Positions 8,452 through 17,254 are shown, counted from the stretch's first letter. The stretch is 32,000 nt of DNA from Candidatus Velamenicoccus archaeovorus (GCF_004102945.1 NZ_CP019384.1:780001-812000), one strand, 5' to 3'. Numbers and translations: made by a program. Notes: generated by a model not told the origin, from the letters alone.

Positions 8452-8465
8452 TAGAGAGGTTAAAT

Positions 8466-8912
8466 ATGACCCAAGAATCTTTAAGGGAATTCACCCGGCA
8501 GATGAGTCAGTTGATGCCGACGATCATGAGGGGGATCCTGAAACGCCATGCCGATGAGGTGACCAGCGGAGAGATCACTATCTCTCAGTATCTTGTCATG
8601 GAGATGCTAAGGCGCAAGGGGGCCATGAAGATGACACAGATCGCGCTGGAAATGGGGATCACGTTGCCGGCAGCCACGGGATTGATCGACCGGCTGCATG
8701 GCACGAAGATACTGGATAGATTGTATGATCAAGATGACCGTCGGGTGGTCCGTATCCATTTGACGCCCAAAGGCTGCAGACTTTTTTTACAGCTCAGCCG
8801 CAAAAGGGAAAAGATGGTCAAGCATATTTTTGGCAAGATCAGCGAAGAAGAGAGGCAGACCTACTTGAAGATTTTGAGGAAGATACGAGATGTTATTTAT
8901 GAGAAACCATAA
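8466..8912 (+). CDS. MarR family transcriptional regulator
   Basis: 148 aa. Winged-HTH region ISQYLVMEMLRRKGAMKMTQIALEMGITLPAATGLIDRL..DRRVVRIHLTPKG. First gene of the efflux operon. Confidence 0.9.
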   Translation: MTQESLREFTRQMSQLMPTIMRGILKRHADEVTSGEITISQYLVMEMLRRKGAMKMTQIALEMGITLPAATGLIDRLHGTKILDRLYDQDDRRVVRIHLTPKGCRLFLQLSRKREKMVKHIFGKISEEERQTYLKILRKIRDVIYEKP

Positions 8913-10455
8913 ACCGGCCGCCGCTGTTTTTTTGCTGCTGTTTTTTCTGGGAACCGTGTCATGTCTTGCGGCAGAGAAACAGGAACAAGAAAAGCCCGCA
9001 GTTCCGGGCAAGGAAGAGTTCATCAAAACAGCCAAGCAAAAGAAGACATTGACGCTGAGCGTCTATGATTGTATTCTTTTGGCTTTGAAGAACAATTCCG
9101 AGATCAAGATCGCCAGCGTCAACCCGAAGATCAAGGCCGATGACGTCCGTATTGCCCGGGCGGAGTTTGAGCCGACTTTGAATCTTGATTATATGCTGAC
9201 AGACACTACGGAACAGGCGGCGAGCACGCTTTTGGGCGCCGGGGTCTCTGCATCCAGGGAATTGAATCTTGATCTTAACGTCTCCGGGAAATTGATCACC
9301 GGCACTGAGTACAGCCTTGATTTTTTAAATAGCAGGGATTCCAGCAACTCATCGTTTCAGACGATAAACCCTTCTTATACCACAGAGCCGAAAGTGACGA
9401 TCACCCAGCCCTTGCTTAGAGGGTTCGGCATCGCGGTCAACAAGGCAGATATTTCGATCGCCGCCAATGACGAGAAAGTCTCTGAGCAGAACCTGAAGAG
9501 CATCGCCATGGACATTATCACAAAGACCAAGACGGCTTATTATGATTATTTTTACTATCGCGAGGCCTATAAGATCGCGGACGATTTCGTGCAGATGGCG
9601 TTGGACCTATTGAAGATCAACAAGCTTCGGTACGAAAAAGGCCTTGTAAGTTCCGTGGACCTTCTTGAGACAGAGACGGCCGTCTTGACGAGACGCAGGT
9701 CTTTGATCCTGGCTGAGACGGAACTGAAAAAAGCCGAGGATGAGTTGAAATACGTTACGAATATCGTAGATGATCCCCGGATGTGGAATGCGGTCGTTGC
9801 GTTGACGGATGAACCACTGTTTGACGACCAGGAAGTCGACCTCGTCGACAGCCTGGTAGCTGCTTTCAAAAACAGGCCTGACTATGAGGCCAAGCAAATC
9901 GAGCTGAAAAACAAGGACATCAGGATCAAGGTGACCAAGAACGCCCTGTTTCCTACTGTTGATCTGATCGGCAGTTTCGGGCTGAACGGCCTTGGGACGG
10001 ATTATTCCGACAGTCTGTCGAATGTCAGCTCGGATTACAAAGATTGGAGCGTGGGTGTTTCTTTAAGTCTTCCCTGGGGCGGTGCGGAACGGGCTGACTA
10101 CAATAAGTCCATCCTGGAAAAGGCCCAGGGACTGATGGAACTCAAGAGGCTGGAACAAAGTATTATTCTGGACGTCAGGGACAAGGTTAGAGGGGTTGAT
10201 TTGGCCATACAGCAGGTGGAGGCGTCTCAATTGGCGAAAGAGTCTCAGTGGAAGAACTATGAGGCGCAGAGGGAGAGGTATGCCGCAGGCCAGATCTCCA
10301 CGCATGATATGCTTGATTATCAGGATAAATATGCCAGGGCGGACCTCGATTATCTTAAAAGCCTGATCGACTACAACATTGCCCTAGTCGATTTGGATAG
10401 GAGCGAAGGTTTGACTTTGATGAACAATAATGTGAAGTTAGAAGGAGCCAAATGA
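8899..10455 (+). CDS. TolC-family outer membrane efflux protein
   Basis: Signal peptide MRNHKPAAAVFLLLFFLGTVSCLAA. The opening LTLSVYDCILLALKNNSEIKIA is typical of OEP proteins, and the two OEP repeats are present. An ATG at 8890 is an alternative start. Overlaps the marR 3' end and the MFP start (ATGA at 10452-10455). Confidence 0.9.
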   Translation: MRNHKPAAAVFLLLFFLGTVSCLAAEKQEQEKPAVPGKEEFIKTAKQKKTLTLSVYDCILLALKNNSEIKIASVNPKIKADDVRIARAEFEPTLNLDYMLTDTTEQAASTLLGAGVSASRELNLDLNVSGKLITGTEYSLDFLNSRDSSNSSFQTINPSYTTEPKVTITQPLLRGFGIAVNKADISIAANDEKVSEQNLKSIAMDIITKTKTAYYDYFYYREAYKIADDFVQMALDLLKINKLRYEKGLVSSVDLLETETAVLTRRRSLILAETELKKAEDELKYVTNIVDDPRMWNAVVALTDEPLFDDQEVDLVDSLVAAFKNRPDYEAKQIELKNKDIRIKVTKNALFPTVDLIGSFGLNGLGTDYSDSLSNVSSDYKDWSVGVSLSLPWGGAERADYNKSILEKAQGLMELKRLEQSIILDVRDKVRGVDLAIQQVEASQLAKESQWKNYEAQRERYAAGQISTHDMLDYQDKYARADLDYLKSLIDYNIALVDLDRSEGLTLMNNNVKLEGAK

Positions 10456-11348
10456 ACAAGATGCGCGACATCCATGGGGTTTTGTGTGTATGTATGGCAA
10501 TAGGCCTTTTTGCTATCGCCGGCTGCGGGTCTAAAAATGCGGAAGCCGTCAAAGAAAAAGAGGTCATTCCGGTCAAGGTGATGAAGGTGGAGACAAAAGA
10601 CTTGGAGAAGACCCTTGATTATGTAGGTAATATCAAAGCGAAAGACGAGGCCGGCGTTTACCCCAAGGTCAGCGGGAAAATCATAGAGAAAGTCAAAGAG
10701 GAAGGCAGCCCCGTTAACAAAGGGGATGTGATTGCATATATCGACAGAGATGAGGTCGGTTTTACGTTTGAAAAGGCGCCTGTCGAGAGTCCTTTGACGG
10801 GGGTCGTCGGCAGGATCAATGTCGATATCGGCGCTAATGTCGAGCCGACAACGCAGATAGCTTTTGTCGTCAACATGGAAAAGATGGAGATCGATCTGGA
10901 TATCCCTGAAAAATATTTGCCTTTTGTTGCTCTGGGGCAGGAGGCGAAGATCACGGTCGACGCCTATCCGGGTGTGGTCTTTATAGGCAAGGTGACGCTG
11001 ATCAGTCCGGTGGTGGACTTAGAGACCCGCAGCGCGCCCATTGAAATCACCATTGACAATAAGGAGGGGCGTCTGAAATCCGGGATGTTTGCCGATGTCG
11101 GGCTTATCATTGAAGAGCACAAGAATGTCCCGGTCGTTCTTAAAGAGGCCCTGATGGGAAAAGGGGACAATCTTTATGTTTATGCCGTTGAAGATCACAA
11201 GGCTTCGATGAGAATCGTCAAGGCGGGCATCCGTTATGGAGAATTCGTGGAGATCACAGAAGGCGTCAAGAGCGGCGATGTCGTGGTGGTGATGGGGCAG
11301 CAGAGGTTGCGTGACGGCGTTTCTGTCGAAACCGAGGAGTTGAAATGA
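10452..11348 (+). CDS. RND efflux periplasmic adaptor (MFP/HlyD family) lipoprotein
   Basis: Lipobox LFAIAGC. Barrel-sandwich/lipoyl motifs (VYPKVSGKIIEKVKEEGSPVNKGDVIAYID). ATGA overlap with the RND gene at 11345-11348. Confidence 0.9.
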   Translation: MNKMRDIHGVLCVCMAIGLFAIAGCGSKNAEAVKEKEVIPVKVMKVETKDLEKTLDYVGNIKAKDEAGVYPKVSGKIIEKVKEEGSPVNKGDVIAYIDRDEVGFTFEKAPVESPLTGVVGRINVDIGANVEPTTQIAFVVNMEKMEIDLDIPEKYLPFVALGQEAKITVDAYPGVVFIGKVTLISPVVDLETRSAPIEITIDNKEGRLKSGMFADVGLIIEEHKNVPVVLKEALMGKGDNLYVYAVEDHKASMRIVKAGIRYGEFVEITEGVKSGDVVVVMGQQRLRDGVSVETEELK

Positions 11349-12460
11349 GTCTTCCTGAATTTGGAGTCAGAAAACCCGTCAGCAATCTGATGATATTCAG
11401 CGCCATCATCATCCTGGCTTTTTACAGTCTGACGAGGATCGGCATTGATATCATGCCGGAGATCGAACCGCCGATCATTTCCGTTATCGCCGCTTATCCG
11501 GGCGCCAACCCGCAGGATGTCGAGATCAAGGTGACGGAACCGCTGGAAAACCAGCTGGCCACGACACCCGGACTGGAGAAGATCACATCGCGTTCCATGG
11601 AAGGAGCTTCTGTTATCTCCTTGAAGTTTAAGTGGGGGACAAACCTGGATGAGGCATCCAACGATATCCGCGACCGCATTGAACAGGCCAAGCGTTATTT
11701 GCCTGATATCCCCGATGAGATGGATAATCCGTTTCTCTATAAGTTCAACACAGCCAATATTCCCATTGTTTTTTTCGGCATCACGGCTAACCAGACTTAT
11801 CCTGAGCTTTACGACCTTATCGATAATTCGGTAGGCGATGCCCTGAGACAGCTACCGGGCGTCGGGACGGTCAATCTTTTTGGCGGTCTTCAGAGACAGG
11901 TTAATGTGTGGATCGACAGGGAGCGGCTGGAAGGATACGGTTTTTCCATCCTGGACATAACAAATGCGCTTGATAAGGAAAATATCACTCAGCCTGTCGG
12001 CAACATCAAAATGGGCTTGACGGATTATCTTCTGCGCCTTCCGGGAGAATTTGCGACTCCTGATGAGATCAATTCCGTCATCCTGGGCAAGAGCGGCGGC
12101 AAGATCGTTTTTCTGAAAGACGTCGCACGCGTTGAGGACGGCTTCAAGGAAGTCACGATGATCGTGCGTATCAACCGGAACCCAGGGCTTCTGATGCAGG
12201 TGCAGAAGCAGACAGGCACCAACACGGTCGAGGTGGCTGAACGCGTCAAGAAGAAGATCGCGGAACTCGAGAAGACGCTGCCCTCCGATGTGCATATGCA
12301 GATCATTTTTGATACTTCCGAGGATATCATCAATTCGGTCAATAGCTTGACGTCTTCTGTTTGGGTGGCTATTGTTTTGGTTATTTTTGTCGTGTGGTTT
12401 TTCCTGAGGCAATCCGCTCCCAGCATGATCATTGCTTTGACAATTCCCTTTTCTCTTCTA
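11345..12460 (+). pseudogene. RND (AcrB/HAE1-like) efflux pump, N-terminal 372 codons, truncated by an IS insertion
   Basis: Typical RND N-terminus (RKPVSNLMIFSAIIILAFYSL..). The reading frame runs into IS sequence after ..TIPFSLL and stops at 12487. Confidence 0.85.
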
Positions 12461-13003
12461 ACTCAGCGGGAGTTCCCCGCCTGTTAAGGCGGGGGTGAGA
12501 GCCCGTTCCTGTGTCTTCCGGAGGTTATGATATACTGAATCCATGCGATTAAAGCGATCCGCCCACGCGGTCTATCAGACGCAGTACCACATTGTATGGG
12601 TTACCCGGTATAGACGAAAAATCCTCAACAAGGGTGTCGCCAAGTACCTGAGAACGAAACTTCAAGAGGCATGCGAGTATTATCCTGATTGGGAGTATAT
12701 GGCGATCGGGATCGCCGAAGACCATCTGCATCTGCACATGGTCATTCCGCCGAAATACGCTGTGAGCATGGTTGTTGAGACATTGAAGAAAAATACGTCC
12801 CGGGAGCTGAGCTTGAAGTTTCGTTTCCTCAAGAAGTTCTACTGGGACAATGAGGGTATGTGGTCCACGGGATTTTTCGTCTCAACAGTAGGCGTCAATG
12901 AGGGTGTCATCAAGAAGTACGTTGAGATGCAAGGCAAGGAAGACACAGGACAAGCGGAGCTTGGCTTTTAACAGAACCCCGCCTGTAAAGGCGGGGGAAT
13001 CTA
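12461..13003 (+). mobile_element. IS200/IS605-family insertion sequence (tnpA-only, IS200 type), 543 bp
   Basis: Carries a Y1/HUH transposase gene flanked by near-identical subterminal hairpins in the same orientation: CCCCGCC-TGTTAA-GGCGGGG (12475-12494) and CCCCGCC-TGTAAA-GGCGGGG (12977-12996). TCTA sits just 5' of the left junction (12457-12460) and forms the last 4 nt of the element (13000-13003). Because of that shared TCTA, the boundaries are uncertain by up to 4 nt. Confidence 0.85.
12543..12971 (+). CDS. tnpA: IS200/IS605 family transposase TnpA (Y1 HUH)
   Basis: YQTQYHIVWVTRYRRKIL, the HUH motif EDHLHLHMVI, WSTGFFVSTVG, and C-terminal KKYVEMQ carrying the candidate catalytic Tyr. 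142 aa. Confidence 0.92.
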   Translation: MRLKRSAHAVYQTQYHIVWVTRYRRKILNKGVAKYLRTKLQEACEYYPDWEYMAIGIAEDHLHLHMVIPPKYAVSMVVETLKKNTSRELSLKFRFLKKFYWDNEGMWSTGFFVSTVGVNEGVIKKYVEMQGKEDTGQAELGF

Positions 13004-15010
13004 TTCACCTTTGTCTATCTATTTTTAAGCGGCAAGACCATCAACACGATCAGTCTTTCTTCCGTTGCCATTGCGAGCGGCATGGTCGTAGATAATGCCA
13101 TCGTCATTGTCGATAATATCCATCGCCGTCTGGAGAAGGGAAACAGGCCGCAAGAAGCGGCGATCTTCGGAGCCAACGAGATGTTCCTGGCGATTGCCGC
13201 CTCGACGATGACAACCGTTGTGGTCTTTTTGCCCATGTTGTTCATTTCGGGTGTTGTCGGTATCATGTTTGGTGAATTGGCGATCATCGTTATCGTAACT
13301 CTCCTGGCGTCTCTCTTTACGGCCGTTACTTTCAGCCCGATGCTTTGCGCCAAATGGTTAAGAGTAAGTTCTCCGTCGCAGAAAAAACAAGGCATCTTCG
13401 CGAAGTTTTATGATTTTTCCGAGAAGATCTTTACTTCATGGGAAAATTTCTATGCTCATGCTCTTGAGCGGTGTCTGAGGCATAGGAAATTTACCTTGAT
13501 CGGCTTTTCCATTGTGTTTGCATGCAGTCTTCTGTTGGCGCCTTTTGTCGGCAATGAATTCATTCCTGAGGAGGATTCCGGCGACGTCAGGGTGACAGTC
13601 GAGCTTCCTATCGGGACCCGGGTCGAAGAGTCTGACAAGGTGGCAAAAAGAATCGAAGATATTTTTGTCAAAGAGGCGCCAGAGAGACGATATCTATTCG
13701 TTAGGAGCGGCCAGGTAGCCGGTATCGGCAGGACGTCTGGTCAGGCGGCCGGAAGCCATGTTGTTTCTGCCGGCGTCAAGCTTGTGTCCAAAACAGAACG
13801 AAAGCGTTCCGTCAAGGAAGTCGGCCAGGTTATAAGAAAGCAGATCGCCAAGATCCCGGGTGTCCTGAAGGTGGATATCACGACAGGCAACCCTCTGGGG
13901 CAGTTGATCACGGGAACGGGGGGCAAGAGCATCCAGGTTGAGATCATCGGTCATTCTTTTGAGGCGACGGATGCCGTTGCCAACCAACTCAAAAATATCA
14001 TGGAGAAGGTCCCCGGCGCTGTCGATGTCTCCATCTCGCGCGAGCTGAAGCGGCCTGAACTGGTCATCAAGGTCGACAGAGAAAAGATAGGGGTCCTAGG
14101 GATTGATATGGAAACGATCGCCGACAGTGTTAAGACTTATATCGAAGGCTCGGTGGCAACAAAATACCGTGAAAAAGGCGAGACCTATGATATCTATGTC
14201 AGGCTGGAGGAGTCCAACCGCCAAAAGATCGAAGATGTTGAGAATCTGGCCATCGCATCGCCTTATTCCGGCAAGCAGATAAGACTGGGCAATATCGCGA
14301 CGATCTCGGAGACCGTTGGTCCCGAAGAGATCGAGCGCCAGAACCGCGAAAGAGTGGTGCGTGTTTCCTGCAATACTTTTAATAGGTCATCCGGGAAAGT
14401 CATTGAGGATATCAAAAAGGAAACAGACAAGATGGTATTGCCGGCCGGCATCTATATAAATTTCGGCGGCGAGGCGGAAGAGCAAACCAAGGCTTTTAGG
14501 GATCTGGCCCTTCTTTTGGCCTTGGGTATTATCCTCGTCTATATGGTTATGGCGGCTCAGTTCGAATCTCTGCTGGACCCTTTTATTATCATGTTTGCGG
14601 TGCCTTTTACATTTACGGGCGTTATTCTCGGTCTTTTGGTGACCCGCAGCACATTGAACGTTATCAGTTTTCTTGGCGTTGTTATGTTGATGGGCATTGT
14701 CGTCAATAATGCCATCGTTTTGATCAGTTATATCAATATCCTGCGCGCCCGCGGAATGTCGATGGAGCAGGCCATCACCCAGGGCGGCAAAGAGAGACTG
14801 CGGCCCGTCCTGATGACGACGATCACGACCCTTGTCGGTCTCCTGCCGTTGGCTCTTTCGAGAGGCGAGGGTTCGGAGAGCTGGCAGCCTTTGGGTGTGA
14901 CTATGGTTGGGGGGCTGCTGGTATCTACGTTTATTACGATGCTTTTTGTCCCTATACTGTATGCCGTTTTTGAGAATAGGCTCAAGAAGAATGGAGGGGC
15001 GAAATCATGA
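13004..15010 (+). pseudogene. RND efflux pump, C-terminal 668 codons, downstream of the IS
   Basis: In the same frame (mod 3) as the N-terminal fragment. Reads FTFVYLFLSGKTINTISLSSVAIASGMVVDNAIVIVDNIHRR.. (a conserved RND TM4 region) and continues to a typical C-terminus. Joined to 11345-12460 it gives ~1040 aa. Confidence 0.85.
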
Positions 15011-15109
15011 ATCCCGTTAGACAAAGTTTTTGATGGGATGATATGAAGATTGAGCCACAGGAGTGCCAAAAAAGGAAATTTCGGCGAACAGAGAAAAGGT
15101 GGTGGAGAT

Positions 15110-15412
15110 ATGTCTAACGGGATGAAGATGGTCATGATCTGTTATAACGAAGCCATTGACGCCGAGGTGATGGAGGCCTTGCGAGTGTGTTCTTTAAAAA
15201 ATTATACAAAGGTTATTGGTGTTTTCGGCAGCGGAGAGACATCGGGGATTCATCTGGGAAATGATATCTGGCCTGGGAAAAACAATGTTCTTTATGTGGC
15301 CTGCGAAGATAAAGACGGTGCGCGTCTCCTTGCCTGTGTCAAAGAGCTGCGCAAACAGATCGGAAAAGAAGGCGTCAAAGCGTTCGTCCTTCCTCTGGAA
15401 GATCTTAGCTGA
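15110..15412 (+). CDS. PII-like (GlnB-fold) small transporter-associated protein
   Basis: MKMVMICYNEAIDAEVMEALRVCSLKNYTKV..GSGETSG.H.G....PG.N.VLYVACEDKD resembles small PII-like proteins I recall being encoded downstream of RND/heavy-metal efflux pumps. An AAGGTGG SD lies upstream of ATG 15110. The start is uncertain (15110, 15122 or 15128). Confidence 0.6.
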   Translation: MSNGMKMVMICYNEAIDAEVMEALRVCSLKNYTKVIGVFGSGETSGIHLGNDIWPGKNNVLYVACEDKDGARLLACVKELRKQIGKEGVKAFVLPLEDLS

Positions 15413-15568
15413 AATACCAAGATCCCCCACTCTTATTTTGCAGGTTGCCGATTTCCACGATCCCTGCGCACTAATAAAATTCCTTTTACAAAAGTTTGTT
15501 TATTGAGTAAACTATTTTTGTGCGTTTTGCTTCTTCCTTAGAAAAAAGGAGTCCCAGACTTAAAGTCT

Positions 15569-15579
15569 GGGGGGGGGGG
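15569..15579 (+). repeat. Homopolymeric G11 tract fused to an 8-bp hairpin
   Basis: CCCAGACT-TAA-AGTCTGGG (15553-15571) runs directly into eleven Gs (15569-15579), 88 nt upstream of the ATG at 15667. Confidence 0.9.
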
Positions 15580-15666
15580 ATTCTACGGAAGTAAACTTTT
15601 TTGCAAGACGTTCGTCTAAACAGACGCAAGGATTTTTGGGTGTTCGTGGCGAAAAAAGGAGGAATT

Positions 15667-16635
15667 ATGAGAAAAAGAATGATTCTGCTGTGCATGAGCG
15701 CAGGTGTCTTGTGTTTGACGGGCACCTTGGCTATGGCGCAGGAAGACGAGACGACCTCCGATTCCGGTACGAATCTGAAACAAGAAATCGGCTCTGACAA
15801 GCAGGAGCTGAAAGGGCAGCAGGACCAGATCAGGCAGAACGCCCAGTCTGCCAGGCAGGAAGAGAAAAATCTGCGAGACCAGATCCATCAGGCTGTGCAG
15901 TCCGGCGATGAGGAGACGGCCAAGCAGCTTCGTCAGCAGCTTCACGAAGTTCATCAGGGGAATATCCAGCAACGCCAGCAAGATATGGAAGATTTGCAAT
16001 CATCACGCCAGGAATTGAAAGAGGACATTAAGGGTGCGCGTGAGGAAAGAGGGAATCGGCCCCCAAGAAGAGGGCCCGTTGGGGAACAGCCGCCAGGCGG
16101 TCAGGTGTCTTCGGGAGAAGGGGCGCCAGGACTGCAAGGACCGGAAGGGGGCTATAGACATCGCCCTCCCAGAGAATTTCGTGAGGGCCCCCGCGATCTG
16201 AGGGAAGACCGTAGGGACAGAAGAGAGGATGTCCGTGACCGGCGGGAAGACAGATGGGACAGGAGGGAAGATGTCCGTGACCATAAGGAGGATGTCCGGG
16301 ATCGCAGGGAGGATATTCGTGATCGCAAGGAAGACGCCTGGGATGCCAGACACAATCCCCCTAAAGGCACGGAGGCTTGGAAGAGAGATAAGATGGAAGA
16401 CATCCGCGACCGGCGGGAGGATGTAGCGGACCGTCGCGAAGACAAGCGCGATCATAAAGAAGACAGGATTGATCGGCGCGAAGATAGGCGCGACAGGCAT
16501 GAAGACGTGCGCGACAGGAAAGAAGATGTTCGCGACAAGCGGCATCATTCCGGAAGTCCTGCAAAAAAGGGGAGTCCGAAATCCATGTCTGGTAAAAGTG
16601 ACAAAAATCCCAAGAAGTACAAACCAGTTGAATAG
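15667..16635 (+). CDS. Secreted Gln-rich coiled-coil protein with 14 D-R-R-E-D-x-R heptad repeats
   Basis: SD AAAAAGGAGGAATT-ATG. Signal peptide MRKRMILLCMSAGVLCLTGTLAMA|QE. Q/E/K-rich helical region (residues ~35-125), a Pro/Gly linker, two blocks of 7 heptads, and a Lys/Ser-rich tail. No family recognised. Confidence 0.85.
   Translation: MRKRMILLCMSAGVLCLTGTLAMAQEDETTSDSGTNLKQEIGSDKQELKGQQDQIRQNAQSARQEEKNLRDQIHQAVQSGDEETAKQLRQQLHEVHQGNIQQRQQDMEDLQSSRQELKEDIKGAREERGNRPPRRGPVGEQPPGGQVSSGEGAPGLQGPEGGYRHRPPREFREGPRDLREDRRDRREDVRDRREDRWDRREDVRDHKEDVRDRREDIRDRKEDAWDARHNPPKGTEAWKRDKMEDIRDRREDVADRREDKRDHKEDRIDRREDRRDRHEDVRDRKEDVRDKRHHSGSPAKKGSPKSMSGKSDKNPKKYKPVE
16195..16533 (+). repeat. 21-nt-periodic coding repeats (7 + 7 heptads separated by a 15-aa spacer)
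   Basis: Block 1 (16195-16341): DLREDRR DRREDVR DRREDRW DRREDVR DHKEDVR DRREDIR DRKEDAW. Block 2 (16387-16533): DKMEDIR DRREDVA DRREDKR DHKEDRI DRREDRR DRHEDVR DRKEDVR. Codon choice differs between units (cgt/cgg/agg/aga/cgc for Arg). Confidence 0.9.
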
Positions 16636-16685
16636 CCCGGAATGGGACTAAAAACAAGATAATACAAGATGATAAGAGAAGAAAA

Positions 16686-16713
16686 AGCCCCCTGAGGAAC
16701 GAGGGGGCTTTTT
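16686..16713 (+). terminator. Rho-independent terminator after the repeat-protein gene
   Basis: AGCCCCCT (16686-16693), an 8-nt loop, AGGGGGCT (16702-16709), followed by a T run. Confidence 0.8.
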
Positions 16714-16726
16714 CTTGCCGAAAGCA

Positions 16727-16755
16727 TTTACTTCTTGGCAGCGATTTCGTATAAT
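16727..16755 (+). promoter_or_regulatory. Candidate sigma70 promoter of the pilin gene
   Basis: TTTACT (16727-16732), a 17-nt spacer, then TATAAT (16750-16755). Confidence 0.5.
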
Positions 16756-16763
16756 ATGTGCCT

Positions 16764-17198
16764 ATGGAGATGAAAAAAATTGACCATAAAGGGTTCACGC
16801 TGGTTGAGATCCTGATTGTTGTCGCCATCATTGTCACGGTGGCCGCCATCGCGATCCCAAATCTTGTCAGGGCTAGGATCAATGCCAATGAGGCGTCTGC
16901 CGTAGCTTCTTTGAAAACGTTGACGTCCGCGGCAGAGGCTTTTAGGATGGCTCAGATTCCGGCAAGATTTCCAGGGAATCTAAGCGAAATGAGCGGGACA
17001 GAGCCGCCTTTTATCGATGTGGTTCTTGCCAGCGGCAATAAGTCTGGTTACAGTTTTGCTTGGACAGGGGGCACGAATACCTATTCCGTTGTTGCCGCAC
17101 CCCAGACTCCTAATGTGACAGGCGTCCGGGAGTTTTTCCTGGATCAATCCGGTGTCATCAGGGTCGGCAACACCTCATCAGGAGCGCCCATCGAATAG
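16764..17198 (+). CDS. Type IV pilin / prepilin-type N-terminal cleavage-methylation domain protein
   Basis: Class III signal MEMKKIDHKG|FTLVEILIVVAIIVTVAAIAIPNL with Gly-1, Phe+1 and Glu+5. The track ORF begins at GTG 16758; ATGs are at 16764 and 16770. Confidence 0.9.
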   Translation: MEMKKIDHKGFTLVEILIVVAIIVTVAAIAIPNLVRARINANEASAVASLKTLTSAAEAFRMAQIPARFPGNLSEMSGTEPPFIDVVLASGNKSGYSFAWTGGTNTYSVVAAPQTPNVTGVREFFLDQSGVIRVGNTSSGAPIE

Positions 17199-17225
17199 CC
17201 TTTGTATAATCGAGATAATGGTTGG

Positions 17226-17254
17226 AAAAACGGCCTTTTTTAAGGCCGTTTTTT
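17226..17254. terminator. Rho-independent (bidirectional-looking) terminator
   Basis: AAAAACGGCCTT-TTTT-AAGGCCGTTTTT: a perfect stem flanked by an A run and a T run. Confidence 0.85.

Noticed and set aside
11852-12432. 186-aa and 135-aa - strand ORFs
   Set aside because: They are antisense to the RND pump N-terminal fragment. No motifs.
12898-13095. 65-aa + strand ORF crossing the right end of the IS
   Set aside because: It is out of frame with both tnpA and the RND C-terminal fragment, and it spans the IS/target junction.
15553-15571. Hairpin considered as the + strand terminator of the efflux/PII-like operon
   Set aside because: On the + strand it is followed by a G run, not a U tract, so it is not called a terminator. 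It is reported instead as an unusual hairpin plus homopolymer.
16003-16888. Three - strand ORFs (181, 97 and 175 aa) plus + strand alternate-frame ORFs over the heptad-repeat region
   Set aside because: These are artefacts of the 21-nt periodic GA/CG-rich coding repeat, which suppresses stops in other frames. The + strand frame with a signal peptide and a strong SD is the real one.
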